Below, piece by piece: positions 50,506 through 59,732 of a stretch of 64,000 nucleotides of DNA (within the stretch, counting starts at the first letter, position 1; each line of letters starts with the position of its first letter). Under the pieces are notes generated by a model that ran no database searches, had not been told where the DNA came from, and worked only from the letters and a program-made list of their open reading frames with translations. The translations under genes were made by a program, and so were the position numbers. This DNA is from an uncultured Alphaproteobacteria bacterium (lineage in GTDB: Bacteria > Pseudomonadota > Alphaproteobacteria > Geminicoccales > Geminicoccaceae): positions 327,190 to 391,189 of the forward strand of contig CALOAB010000004.1 of assembly GCA_942491185.1 (NCBI GenBank). The letters are read 5' to 3'.

Positions 50506-51657
50506 GTGGTGAGCCAGAGGCCAAGCTCCGTAGCACTGCAATCCATCCACGATCGCGCCGACCTCAAGGCGTTCATCGAGAGCACACGCGCGATCTATGC
50601 GGATGATCCCTGCTGGGTGCAGCCGCTCACGCTCGAGCGCCTGGACCATCTGAACCCGAAGAAGAACCCGTTCCTCAAGGACATCGAGGCGGCCTACTGG
50701 CTCGTGCTGTTCGATGGCCGCCCGGTCGGCCGCATCTCCGCCCAGGTCAACAAGGCGCATCTCGAGCGCCACCAGGATGCCACAGGCCATTTCGGCTTCA
50801 TCGAGGCGATCGACGACGAGGAGGTGTTCGGCCTCCTGATCGACACCGCCGCTACCTGGCTTCGCCTGCGCGGCATGGAGCGGATGGCCGGGCCGTTCAG
50901 CCTCTCGATCAACGACGAGACCGGCACGCTGCTGAGCGGCTTCGACACACCGCCGCAAATGATGATGCCGCACGGCCAGCCGCATTACGACCGGCGGCTG
51001 CATGAGCAGGGCCTGGTCAAGGCCAAGGACCTCATCGCCTTCCGCATCGATGCCCAAGAGCCCTTCCCACGCGCCGCGTCGCGGCTCATCGAACGGACAC
51101 GAAAGACCGGCGGCCTGACGATCCGACCGCTCGACACCAGCCGGTTCGGCCAGGAGATCGCGCTGATCTGCGACATCTTCAACGACGCCTGGTCGGATAA
51201 TTGGGGCTTCATTCCCTTTGGCGATGCCGAGGCCCAGTATCTGGCGAAGTCGATCCGGCCGCTGGTCAACGGCAGCAATTTCGCGATCGCCGAGCTCGAC
51301 GGCGAGCCCGTCGCCATGACCGTCACCCTGCCCAACCTCAACGAGATGATCGCCGATCTCGACGGCCGGCTCTTGCCCTTCGGCTGGGCCAAGCTGCTCT
51401 GGCGGCTCAAGGTCACTGGCGTCAAGAGCGGGCGGATGCCGCTGATGGGTCTGCGCAAAAGCTGGCAGGGCACGCTCAAGGGCACAGCCGCTGCGATGGG
51501 CGTCATCGAGACCGTGAAGACCTACCACGCCGGCCGCGGCGTGCTCGAGGGCGAGCTGAGCTGGGTGCTGGAGGACAATCAAGCCGTCCAGCACATGATC
51601 GCGGCCGTGGGTGCTGTCCCCTACAAGACCTACCGAGTCTACGAGAAAGCGATCTGA
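50506..51657 (+). CDS. GNAT-fold acyltransferase-like protein of unknown specificity
   Basis: About 383 aa from GTG 50506 (GGAG 7 nt upstream). A conserved-looking soluble protein (FIEAIDDEEVF...GPFSLSINDETG.L..GF...P...MPH...YY...). The family name is not securely recalled. Confidence 0.6.
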   Translation: MVSQRPSSVALQSIHDRADLKAFIESTRAIYADDPCWVQPLTLERLDHLNPKKNPFLKDIEAAYWLVLFDGRPVGRISAQVNKAHLERHQDATGHFGFIEAIDDEEVFGLLIDTAATWLRLRGMERMAGPFSLSINDETGTLLSGFDTPPQMMMPHGQPHYDRRLHEQGLVKAKDLIAFRIDAQEPFPRAASRLIERTRKTGGLTIRPLDTSRFGQEIALICDIFNDAWSDNWGFIPFGDAEAQYLAKSIRPLVNGSNFAIAELDGEPVAMTVTLPNLNEMIADLDGRLLPFGWAKLLWRLKVTGVKSGRMPLMGLRKSWQGTLKGTAAAMGVIETVKTYHAGRGVLEGELSWVLEDNQAVQHMIAAVGAVPYKTYRVYEKAI

Positions 51658-51672
51658 CATGGCCCTGGCGCT

Positions 51673-52479
51673 GTGACCGGGGCGGAGCTCACGACCCTCG
51701 TGCTCGCCGGCGAGCGCGCCGAAGGCGATCCGATGGCCAGGGCCGCCGGTGTTGCGCTCAAGGCGATGCTGCCGGTGGCCGGCCAGCCGATGCTGGCACG
51801 GGTCGTGGGAGCACTCCGCGCGACGCCCTCGATCGGCCGCATCGTGGTCAGCATCCCGCGTCCGGCGCCGGCCGAGGAGCTCGGCGTCGAGGCGATCATG
51901 ACCGAGGCGTCGCCGAGCCTGTCGGTCTTGGCCGCCATCGACCAACTGCCGAGCCCGCTGCTCGTCACCACCGCCGATCATGCGCTGCTGACGCCGGAGA
52001 TCGTCCAGCGCTTCGTCGATCTGGCCACTGCCACCGACGACGCCGATCTCATCGTCGGCATGGTCGAGCGCGCGGTAATCGAGCGCCTCGTGCCCGAGAC
52101 CCGGCGGACCTATTGGCGGTTCAAGGGCGGTGCCTATTCCGGTGCCAACCTCTTCTTGCTCAAGACCCCGCGCGCCAGGACAGCCGTCGCCTTCTGGCGC
52201 CGGGTCGAGACCCAGCGCAAGCAACCATGGCGGATCGTCCGTGCCTTCGGGGCGAAGCTGCTGCTCGGCTATCTGTTGGGCCGGTTGTCGCTGGATGAGG
52301 CGATGGAGCGGGCGTCCGACCGGCTCGGCTGTCGCGTCCGGGCCGTGACCCTGCCCTTTGCGGAGGCCGCGATCGACGTCGACAAGCCGGCCGACCTCGC
52401 CCTGGTCGAGCGCCTGCTCCTGGATCGCCAGGACCATCCAGATGGCCAGCAACCAGCAGCCGAGCCGGCCCGCCCATGA
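51673..52479 (+). CDS. MobA-like NTP transferase (nucleotidyltransferase) family protein
   Basis: LVLAGERAEGDPMA....KAMLPVAGQPML at the N-terminus, plus LVTTADHALL. Confidence 0.7.
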   Translation: MTGAELTTLVLAGERAEGDPMARAAGVALKAMLPVAGQPMLARVVGALRATPSIGRIVVSIPRPAPAEELGVEAIMTEASPSLSVLAAIDQLPSPLLVTTADHALLTPEIVQRFVDLATATDDADLIVGMVERAVIERLVPETRRTYWRFKGGAYSGANLFLLKTPRARTAVAFWRRVETQRKQPWRIVRAFGAKLLLGYLLGRLSLDEAMERASDRLGCRVRAVTLPFAEAAIDVDKPADLALVERLLLDRQDHPDGQQPAAEPARP

Positions 52480-53465
52480 GTCTCATCGACCTCGCCCATA
52501 TCACCGACGTGCATCTCGGGCCGGTGCCCCGGGCGCATCTGGGTGAGCTGTTGAGCAAGCGGGCGCTGGGCTACCTCTCCTGGCACCGTCGCCGCCATCT
52601 TCTGCACCGGCAGAGCGTGCTGGACGCCCTGGCGGTGGATCTCGCCGCCGACCCGCCGGATCACATCGCGGTCACCGGCGACCTCGTCAATCTAGCACTA
52701 CCGGGCGAGTTCGAGCAGGCGGCGCGCTGGCTGGCAGCCACCGGCACAGCCGCCGAGGTGACCCTGGTGCCCGGCAATCACGATGCCTACACCGGCAAGA
52801 GCTACCGCCAGGGCTGGACCCGCTGGAGCGCCTACATGCAGGGCGACGGCCAGGCGGTTGGCGGCACGTTCCCCTTCGTCCGCGAGATCGGCCCAGGCCT
52901 CGTTCTCGTCGGCCTCTCGAGCGCCGTGCCGAGCCCCATCGGCTTCGCTTCGGGCCAGCTCGGGCCCACCCAGCTCCTGGCGCTGGACAAAGTCCTGGCC
53001 GAGCTCGGCGATGCCGGGCTTTGCCGGGTCGTCATGATCCATCATCCGCCGCTGGGGCCCCTGATCCGCCGCCGCCGCGCGCTGAAGGACGAGCTGGCGC
53101 TGCGCGTCGTGCTCGCCAGGCGCGGCGCCGAGCTGATCCTCGCCGGCCACCAGCACAGCTTCCTCCTGGGCACCCTGCCGGGCCCCGAGGCACCCGTACC
53201 GATCATTGCCGGGCCATCGGCCTCGCTCGTCCAGAGCCACCCGGAGGCCGGCGGCTATCTGCGCTACGCCATCGACCTTGCGGGCGACCGCCCGTCCATT
53301 ACACTGCAGCTTCGACGCTTCGATCCCACCAGCGGCGGCCTCGTGATCGAGCGAACCGGCCTGCTCGAGATTGCCGGCGACAGGCTCGCCATCCGGCCCA
53401 CGGACTGGCCGAAAAACAAGAGGGAGATCGCGTCCGCCGCAGCCGTCGGCGCCGGCGCCCGATGA
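52476..53465 (+). CDS. metallophosphoesterase
   Basis: Motifs HITDVHLG, VTGDLVN, GNHD, MIHHPP and AGHQH. ATGA overlap on both sides. Confidence 0.8.
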   Translation: MSLIDLAHITDVHLGPVPRAHLGELLSKRALGYLSWHRRRHLLHRQSVLDALAVDLAADPPDHIAVTGDLVNLALPGEFEQAARWLAATGTAAEVTLVPGNHDAYTGKSYRQGWTRWSAYMQGDGQAVGGTFPFVREIGPGLVLVGLSSAVPSPIGFASGQLGPTQLLALDKVLAELGDAGLCRVVMIHHPPLGPLIRRRRALKDELALRVVLARRGAELILAGHQHSFLLGTLPGPEAPVPIIAGPSASLVQSHPEAGGYLRYAIDLAGDRPSITLQLRRFDPTSGGLVIERTGLLEIAGDRLAIRPTDWPKNKREIASAAAVGAGAR

Positions 53466-54706
53466 CGTCCATGCTCGCGACAATCGACCGCTACCTCCTG
53501 GGTCAGGTCATGCGCCCGATGCTGGCCGCAATTCTGATCACGCTGCTCGCCATGCTGGCCGAGCGGGCGCTGCGCGTCATCGATCTGGTCCTCGGCTGGC
53601 GCGGCTCGCTCGCCATCGTCGTCGAGATGATGAGCTACCTCATCCCCCACTACATGGTGTTCGCGCTGCCGGCAGCGCTCTTCTTGGGCATCATGCTCGC
53701 CATTGCGCGGCTGTCCAAGGAAGCCGAGGTCGACGCCATGCGCGCTGCCGGGATCGGCCTGGCGCGGATCACCCGGCCGCTGATGCTCCTCGCCTTCGTC
53801 GTGCTGGTCCTGCACCTGGTGCTGGTGAGCCACCTGCAGCCCTATGCGCGCTACGCCTACCGCGCCGCCGCCTTCGCCATCACCAACGCCTCGTTCCAGA
53901 CCCTGCTGCGCCCGGGCCAGTTCATCACGCTGGGTCAGACCACCTACCGGGTGGACCGGCTGAGCGAGGACCGCGAGCAGTTCGAAGGCATCTTCCTGTT
54001 CTCAGAGGCCGACGCTGACGGGACCATCGTGATCACCGCCGAAGACGGCCGGATCGAGGAGCAGGGTGTGCTGGTGCCGCTGCTGCTGCACCTGGAGAAC
54101 GGCGTCCAGCAATTTGTGCCGCGGCCGGTCGAGGGCGAGAATGGGGGCACATCCTCGAGCAACGGCACGCCGCCACTGACACTCCGCTTCGGCAGCTTCA
54201 CCAGCGACCTCTCGGGCAGCGAGCCAGAGGCGTTCCGGCCACGCGGCGACCACGAGCGCGAGCTGACGATCCCGGAGCTGTTCGGCTTCATCGGCAAGCC
54301 CATCGAGCTCCTGCCCGAAGAAATCAAACCCTGGGAAATCGAGTCCGAGCTCTCGGCCAGGCTCGTGCGCAACCTGTCGATCCTCTTCGTGCCCCTGTTT
54401 GCCCTGCCGCTCGCCCTCTCGCCACGCCGCGCCAAGCGATCTTACGGCTTTCTCATCGGCGTCATCATCGTGGTCGGCTACAACCAGATCATCAGCACCG
54501 GCGAGTCGCTGGCCGACAACAATGAGCTGTCGTCGCTGATCGGCATCTGGCTGCCGTTTGTCGCCTTCGGCCTGGCGACCACCGCCTTCTTCATCCATTC
54601 CGCCAGGCGGGTTCCCGATCCCGGCAAGTCCTCGCTCTTGGGCACGACCATCGATGCGACGGTCAGCATGATCGCCCGACGCCTGCCCTGGCGGGCCGCC
54701 TCGTGA
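53462..54706 (+). CDS. lptF: LPS export ABC transporter permease LptF
   Basis: About 414 aa. IDRYLLGQVMRPMLAAILITLLAML start, six TM helices, and a large periplasmic loop between TM3 and TM4. Confidence 0.85.
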   Translation: MTSMLATIDRYLLGQVMRPMLAAILITLLAMLAERALRVIDLVLGWRGSLAIVVEMMSYLIPHYMVFALPAALFLGIMLAIARLSKEAEVDAMRAAGIGLARITRPLMLLAFVVLVLHLVLVSHLQPYARYAYRAAAFAITNASFQTLLRPGQFITLGQTTYRVDRLSEDREQFEGIFLFSEADADGTIVITAEDGRIEEQGVLVPLLLHLENGVQQFVPRPVEGENGGTSSSNGTPPLTLRFGSFTSDLSGSEPEAFRPRGDHERELTIPELFGFIGKPIELLPEEIKPWEIESELSARLVRNLSILFVPLFALPLALSPRRAKRSYGFLIGVIIVVGYNQIISTGESLADNNELSSLIGIWLPFVAFGLATTAFFIHSARRVPDPGKSSLLGTTIDATVSMIARRLPWRAAS

Positions 54707-55803
54707 AGCTGCTGACCCTGTATCTCAACCGTATCGTGCTGGTCCGCCTCACCGTGGTGACGATCGCCATGGTGCTGTTCGCCATGCTCTTCGACCTGAT
54801 GGATGCCTCGGACGATCTGATCCGCCGGGACGGCCCGGCGATCGTCACGTTCAGCCACTACTTCGTGCTGCGCTTTCCGAGCGTGCTCAACGAGATCCTG
54901 CCCTTTGCAGCGCTGGTCGGCAGCCTGTTTGCCGCCGCCGAGCTGATGCGCAACGGCGAGCTGACCGTGTTCTGGGCGTCGGGCATCTCGCCTTTGGGCG
55001 TGGTGCTGCGCCTCTTGCCGATCTGCCTTCTGGTCCTCGGCATCAAGCTCGCCAATGACGACATGCTGGTGCCCGGCACGGTGCAGGAGCTGCGCAGCTG
55101 GCAGGTCGGCTTCTTCAGCGGCGGCGTCGAAGGCTTCGTCGGCGACAATCTCTGGGTCGCCAGCGACACCCGCTTCATCCGCCTGCCGCGCCTCGACTGG
55201 GGCAAGACCGAGGTGGACGACGTGCTGATCCTCGAGCGCGACGACGTCGGCAACCTGGTCGAGCGAACGACCGCTGCGCACGCCGTCCTCGAGCCCGGCG
55301 CCTGGCGGCTCTCCGGCGTCGAGCGCAGCCGCGTCGGCGACGGGCGCATCGTCCGCGAGGACGAAGCCGTGTTCGAGAACACGATCGACCTCGAGCGGCT
55401 GCGCGTCGCCGCCAACCCGCCGCAGGAGGTGGCGCTGGCCGACCTCGTCGATATCGTCCGCAATGACGGCTACGGCGTCGTCACCACCCAAGGCCATGTC
55501 ACCGCCATCTACCACCGCCTGTTCGGCGCAGCGCAGCCGATGCTGATGATCATGCTGGCCTTCAGCCTGGCCCGCCGGGTCACCCGGCAAGGCGGTGTCG
55601 CCGGACTCTTCATCAAGGGCATCACGCTCGGCTTCGGCTTCGTGATCCTGAGCGGCCTGACGCTGGCGCTGGCCGAGGCCGGTTTTCTCGGCCCACTGGT
55701 CGCTACCGCAGGCCCGATCCTGCTCCTGGCAGCAATCGTCGTCCTCCTGCCGCTCCGCGAGGAACGCGGCCGATTCTTGCGCTTCAGGCCACGCCACGCC
55801 TGA
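54703..55803 (+). CDS. lptG: LPS export ABC transporter permease LptG
   Basis: 366 aa with a GTGA overlap with lptF. LTLYLNRIVLVRLTVVTIAMV start and the same YjgP/YjgQ topology. Confidence 0.85.
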   Translation: MKLLTLYLNRIVLVRLTVVTIAMVLFAMLFDLMDASDDLIRRDGPAIVTFSHYFVLRFPSVLNEILPFAALVGSLFAAAELMRNGELTVFWASGISPLGVVLRLLPICLLVLGIKLANDDMLVPGTVQELRSWQVGFFSGGVEGFVGDNLWVASDTRFIRLPRLDWGKTEVDDVLILERDDVGNLVERTTAAHAVLEPGAWRLSGVERSRVGDGRIVREDEAVFENTIDLERLRVAANPPQEVALADLVDIVRNDGYGVVTTQGHVTAIYHRLFGAAQPMLMIMLAFSLARRVTRQGGVAGLFIKGITLGFGFVILSGLTLALAEAGFLGPLVATAGPILLLAAIVVLLPLREERGRFLRFRPRHA

Positions 55804-56759
55804 TGCGTATCGGCCTGTTGAGCAACACCAGGAGCGAGCGCAACCGCAAGGGCATGACCGGCCTGGCGGCGGTGATCGACCAGGCGCCGGAGATCCTGCA
55901 TCGCCCGTTCCGTCCCGAAGAGGGCTTCGGCCCGCCCTTGCGCGCCATGGCCGAGGCCGGCGTCGAGCTCGTCGTGGTCAATAGCGGCGACGGCACGGTG
56001 CACGGCGTGCTCACCGAGCTGCTCGCTCACCAGCCCTTCGCCACCGTGCCGCGACTCGCCATCCTGCCGCGCGGCATGGCCAATATGAGCGCCGCCGATT
56101 GCGGGCTGAAAGGGTCCGGGCCGGACACCCTGGAGCGACTGCTGACCGCCTGCAGGCGCGGCACGCTCGACGACCACCTGGCCCCGCGCCACGTGCTCAA
56201 GGTCGACTATGCCGATGACCAGGTGGCGCCACGCGGCATGTTCATGGGTGCTGCCGGCATCGTCGACGTCATCAATCACGTCAAAGGCAAGCTGCACAGC
56301 CGCGGCGTCAAGGGCGAGTGGAGCCACGCCGCAGCCATTGTCGGCCTGCTCACCGGGGTGGTCACCAAGGGCTACGCGGCGCTCGGGCTCGAGCCGCACC
56401 AGGTCGGCGTCGCCGCTGACGGGATGCCGCGCCAGGACGAGCGGTTGCTGATCCTCATCGCCACCAGCCTGGAGCGGTTGGTGCTGCGCTCGCGGCCGTT
56501 CTGGGGCACTCGAGGCCGGCCCATCCGCCACATGCGCATCGGCTACGAGCCCAAGCGCCTGATCAGACTGGCGCCGCGCATCCTCTACGGCGACGACGGC
56601 CGAAAGCTGCCCGAGAACGACTACCGCAGCGGCGGCGCAGCCCGGCTCGACCTCTGGCTCGACGCCCCCTTTACGATCGACGGCGAGTTCTTCACACCGA
56701 GCCCTGACCGGCCGGTGCGCATCACCGCCGACGAAATCGTCCGCTTTGTCAGGCTCTAG
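55803..56759 (+). CDS. diacylglycerol-kinase-catalytic-domain (lipid kinase/YegS-like) protein
   Basis: IGLLSNTRSERN...VVVNSGDGTVHGVLTELL...LAILPRGMANMSA is a DAGK_cat/NAD-kinase-fold signature. TGATG overlap with lptG. Confidence 0.75.
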   Translation: MRIGLLSNTRSERNRKGMTGLAAVIDQAPEILHRPFRPEEGFGPPLRAMAEAGVELVVVNSGDGTVHGVLTELLAHQPFATVPRLAILPRGMANMSAADCGLKGSGPDTLERLLTACRRGTLDDHLAPRHVLKVDYADDQVAPRGMFMGAAGIVDVINHVKGKLHSRGVKGEWSHAAAIVGLLTGVVTKGYAALGLEPHQVGVAADGMPRQDERLLILIATSLERLVLRSRPFWGTRGRPIRHMRIGYEPKRLIRLAPRILYGDDGRKLPENDYRSGGAARLDLWLDAPFTIDGEFFTPSPDRPVRITADEIVRFVRL

Positions 56760-57651
56760 CCAAGTGCCCGCTGAACCAGCCACCCTCGAGCAGCTGATCG
56801 AGTCCGAGCTCGACGTACCCATCCCCGACGCCGTCGCGGCCATCGCCACGGCGGCGCGCGCCCGGCACGGCCAAGGTGTCTCGGCCATCCTCTTCTACGG
56901 CAGCTGCTACCGCGACGGCATCGTCGAGGACCGGCTGGTCGACCTCTATCTCCTCGCCGACGACTACCGCTCAGTGCACACCAATCGGATCAGCGCTCTC
57001 GCCAACCGGCTGGTGCCGCCCAATGTCTACTATCTCGAGACCGAAAGCGGCGGGCAAACCGTGCGCTGCAAATACGCGCTGCTCACCATGGCCCAGCTCG
57101 CGGCCAAGGTTTCGATGACCACGGACAACCCCTATTTCTGGGCCCGCTTCGCCCAGCCCACCGGCCTCGTCTGGTGCCGGGATGCGGCCACCAGGGAACG
57201 CGTCATCGACATCATGGGCAAGGCCGTGCGCACCACCTTCGCCGCGGCCCGGGCGCTCACCCACGACATGGCGGCGTCCGAGGCGCTCTGGACCATGGTC
57301 TTCATGGAGACCTACCGGACCGAGCTTCGGGCCGAGAAGCCCTACCGCGCCGCCGAAATCTACCAGAGCGGGGCCAAGCGCTACGACCGGATCACCAAGG
57401 CGCTCATCGCCGAAGGCATCAAGCCGCGCCCGCGCTCCTGGGCCGTGACCCGCCGCAACGGCAAGGCGCTCTCGATCCTTCGCCTGATCAAGGCCGCCTT
57501 CACCTTCACCGCCGGCGCCGACTACCTCGCCTGGAAGATCGAGCGCCACTCCGGCACCCACATCGAGCTCACCGACTGGCAACGCCGCCACCCGATCCTC
57601 GCCTCGCCGCCGATCCTCTGGCGCCTGCTCCGCAGCAAGGCGGTGCGCTGA
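56746..57651 (+). CDS. Tam41/Mmp37-like nucleotidyltransferase-fold protein (tentative)
   Basis: ILFYGSCYRDG...DLYLLADDY...NVYYLE......RCKYALLTMAQL......NPYFWARFAQPTGLV parallels the eukaryotic Tam41 pattern (YGSGV...D.I..V....VY.N......KYGV.....L.....LY.AGRLQKPV). TTG start at 56746 or GTG at 56764. Confidence 0.5.
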   Translation: MSGSSQVPAEPATLEQLIESELDVPIPDAVAAIATAARARHGQGVSAILFYGSCYRDGIVEDRLVDLYLLADDYRSVHTNRISALANRLVPPNVYYLETESGGQTVRCKYALLTMAQLAAKVSMTTDNPYFWARFAQPTGLVWCRDAATRERVIDIMGKAVRTTFAAARALTHDMAASEALWTMVFMETYRTELRAEKPYRAAEIYQSGAKRYDRITKALIAEGIKPRPRSWAVTRRNGKALSILRLIKAAFTFTAGADYLAWKIERHSGTHIELTDWQRRHPILASPPILWRLLRSKAVR

Positions 57652-57668
57652 GGCCCTGCACGGTACGA

Positions 57669-59606
57669 TTAGAGCCCAGCCTTGCGAAAACCATCGAGCA
57701 GGTGACGCTGGTGCTCCGCACCGGTGACGCTGCTGGCGTAGATCTCACTATCGAAGAACGGACTGACCCGGCGCAATTGCACGGCCGAGCTTTCGGCTGC
57801 ATCGTTCTCGCCTAGCTGGGCGTGCGCCGCCGCCAGAATGGCATGTGGGGCTGGATCCTCGTCGAAGTTGCCAGTGAAGCGATCGAACAGAGCAATGACG
57901 TCGGCGTAGCGACCGGCAAGGTAGTAGGCCTGCCCGAGGTCGACGAGCCACCAGGCGAGCGGGTGGGGGTCGAGCTCCAGCGCGAGCTCCAGCGACCCGA
58001 CCGCCGCCTCCGGCCGGCCGGAATTGAGCATGATATTGCCGCGAATCCCATGGCTGAGCGCATCGTTGGGATTGAGCGTCAATGCACGGTCGATGACCGC
58101 TTCGGCCGTTGCGAAGTCTCGATGAAACGCGAGTATGAAAGCGCGCAACGCTTGGCCGGATGCGTTGCGATCATCGAGCTCGATCGCCCGGGACGCCGAA
58201 TCTTGTGCCTGATCGACGGCACGATGCGGCCACTGCGTCCACCCCCAGAGGAAATCGTTCAGCTGGGTCCAGCCGAGACCGACATACGCATCGGCATAGC
58301 CCGGATCGATGGCAATCGCCCGCTCGAAGAACGACCGCGCGTCGTAGTTGGCGCCGCGCTCGACCCGGCGCAGCAGGCTGCGGCCCCGCAGCACGAGGTC
58401 GTAGGCCCCAAGGCTCTCGGTGGGCCTGGCCAGCGCGTCTGCCTGCTCCAACCGGGTCACGCGCACCGCGAGCGCGGCCACCACCTGCTGCGTGATCCGG
58501 TCCTGGACCGCAAAGATATCCTCGAGCTGGTCATCGAAACGCTCGGACCAGAGGAGAACCCCCCGCTGGGCGTCGGTCAGCTCGACGGAGACGCGCAGCT
58601 GATCGCCCGACTGGCGGATCGTGCCGCCGACGACGTAGCGTGCGCCCAGCTCCTCAGCCAGCGCATCGAGCTCGACGGCGCGTCCCTTGAAGGGCGCAAC
58701 AGCGCTCCACGAGAGCACCAGCAGCCCAGAAAAGCGCCCCAGCGCCCGGATGATGTCCTCGCTCACCCCGTCGCTGAAGTAATCCTGAACGCCAGCACCG
58801 CTTTGGTCCCTGAAGGGAAGAACGGCGATCGTCGGCTTGCCGATGCCGGCCACGACTGTGTCGGCGCCACTCTTCCCGTCCGAGATCGCGACGTCACCGC
58901 CTGTCGGCAGCCAATTCGGCGCCAGCGCGACCACGGCGCCAAGAGCCAGAACCGCCGCGGTCGCGGCCAGGGCCACGCGCCATGTCTTTCGACGGCCTGG
59001 AGCCGGTCGTCGGCTGCGGCTCTCGCCCGCCCCTCCGGCAACGGCATAGACCCGGATCGGCTCGGCGATGTTCTTGACGTGGCACAAGCCTCGATCGGTG
59101 AAACCCACATCGAGCTTGCCGGCCGCTTGATCGCGCACCGCACCGGCAACCACGATTCCGCCGGGCTCGGCCAGCGCTTCGAGCCGCGCCGCTACATTCA
59201 CACCGGTACCGAAGATATCGTCGCCGTCGACGATGACATCGCCGAGATTGAGCCCGATCCGAAACAAGAGCTGCTCTTCCGGCGGCACACCGGTATTGCG
59301 CTCGGCAATGGCCCGCTGCATGGCGATCGCCGCAGTGAGCCCCTCCGTCACGCTCGTGAACGTTGCCAGCACGGCATCACCGGCGGTGCCGATCAACCTG
59401 CCGCCATGCTTGTCGAGAGCCGCATCGATCAATTGGCGCGACGCCATCAGCCGCGCATGCGTGCCGGCCTCGTCGAGCTCCATCAGCCGGCTGTAGCCGG
59501 CGACATCGCCATGCAGAACGACCGCGAGCCGGCGCATCGGGCCCTCAGGCCCAGCGCCGCCTGCATGCTCTGCTTCAGCCATCACCGCAGTCTCGCTGAT
59601 CGACAC
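57669..59606 (-). CDS. membrane-anchored class III adenylate/guanylate cyclase with periplasmic TolB-N-like + TPR module (copy 1)
   Basis: Catalytic core LAVVLHGDVAGYSRLM, GTAGDAVLATF and GTGVNVAARLE. One TM (WRVALAATAAVLALGAVVALAP). KPTIAVLPFRDQSG...YFSDGVSEDIIRALGRFSGLLV, then TPRs. Alternative ATG start at 59582. Confidence 0.85.
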   Translation of the reverse strand: MSISETAVMAEAEHAGGAGPEGPMRRLAVVLHGDVAGYSRLMELDEAGTHARLMASRQLIDAALDKHGGRLIGTAGDAVLATFTSVTEGLTAAIAMQRAIAERNTGVPPEEQLLFRIGLNLGDVIVDGDDIFGTGVNVAARLEALAEPGGIVVAGAVRDQAAGKLDVGFTDRGLCHVKNIAEPIRVYAVAGGAGESRSRRPAPGRRKTWRVALAATAAVLALGAVVALAPNWLPTGGDVAISDGKSGADTVVAGIGKPTIAVLPFRDQSGAGVQDYFSDGVSEDIIRALGRFSGLLVLSWSAVAPFKGRAVELDALAEELGARYVVGGTIRQSGDQLRVSVELTDAQRGVLLWSERFDDQLEDIFAVQDRITQQVVAALAVRVTRLEQADALARPTESLGAYDLVLRGRSLLRRVERGANYDARSFFERAIAIDPGYADAYVGLGWTQLNDFLWGWTQWPHRAVDQAQDSASRAIELDDRNASGQALRAFILAFHRDFATAEAVIDRALTLNPNDALSHGIRGNIMLNSGRPEAAVGSLELALELDPHPLAWWLVDLGQAYYLAGRYADVIALFDRFTGNFDEDPAPHAILAAAHAQLGENDAAESSAVQLRRVSPFFDSEIYASSVTGAEHQRHLLDGFRKAGL

Positions 59607-59607
59607 C

Positions 59608-59627
59608 TCACCAATCGGTGACTTGCC
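59608..59627. promoter_or_regulatory. conserved 20-nt block in the cyclase/YHS divergent intergenic region (copy 1)
   Basis: TCACCAATCGGTGACTTGCC contains the palindrome TCACC-aatc-GGTGA. The paralogous block is at 62197-62216. A second shared element, CTGCGA/CTGCAA, lies 17 nt after TGACTT in both copies. Confidence 0.4.
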
Positions 59628-59732
59628 GACCTTAGCACATGCTGCGACACTTTATCCTGTCGTCGTTGTATCTTTCACCGTCTCGCGGGTCGCGCGTTGC
59701 TTCAGATCGTCCGCAGACGGCGAGGAGTGCCC

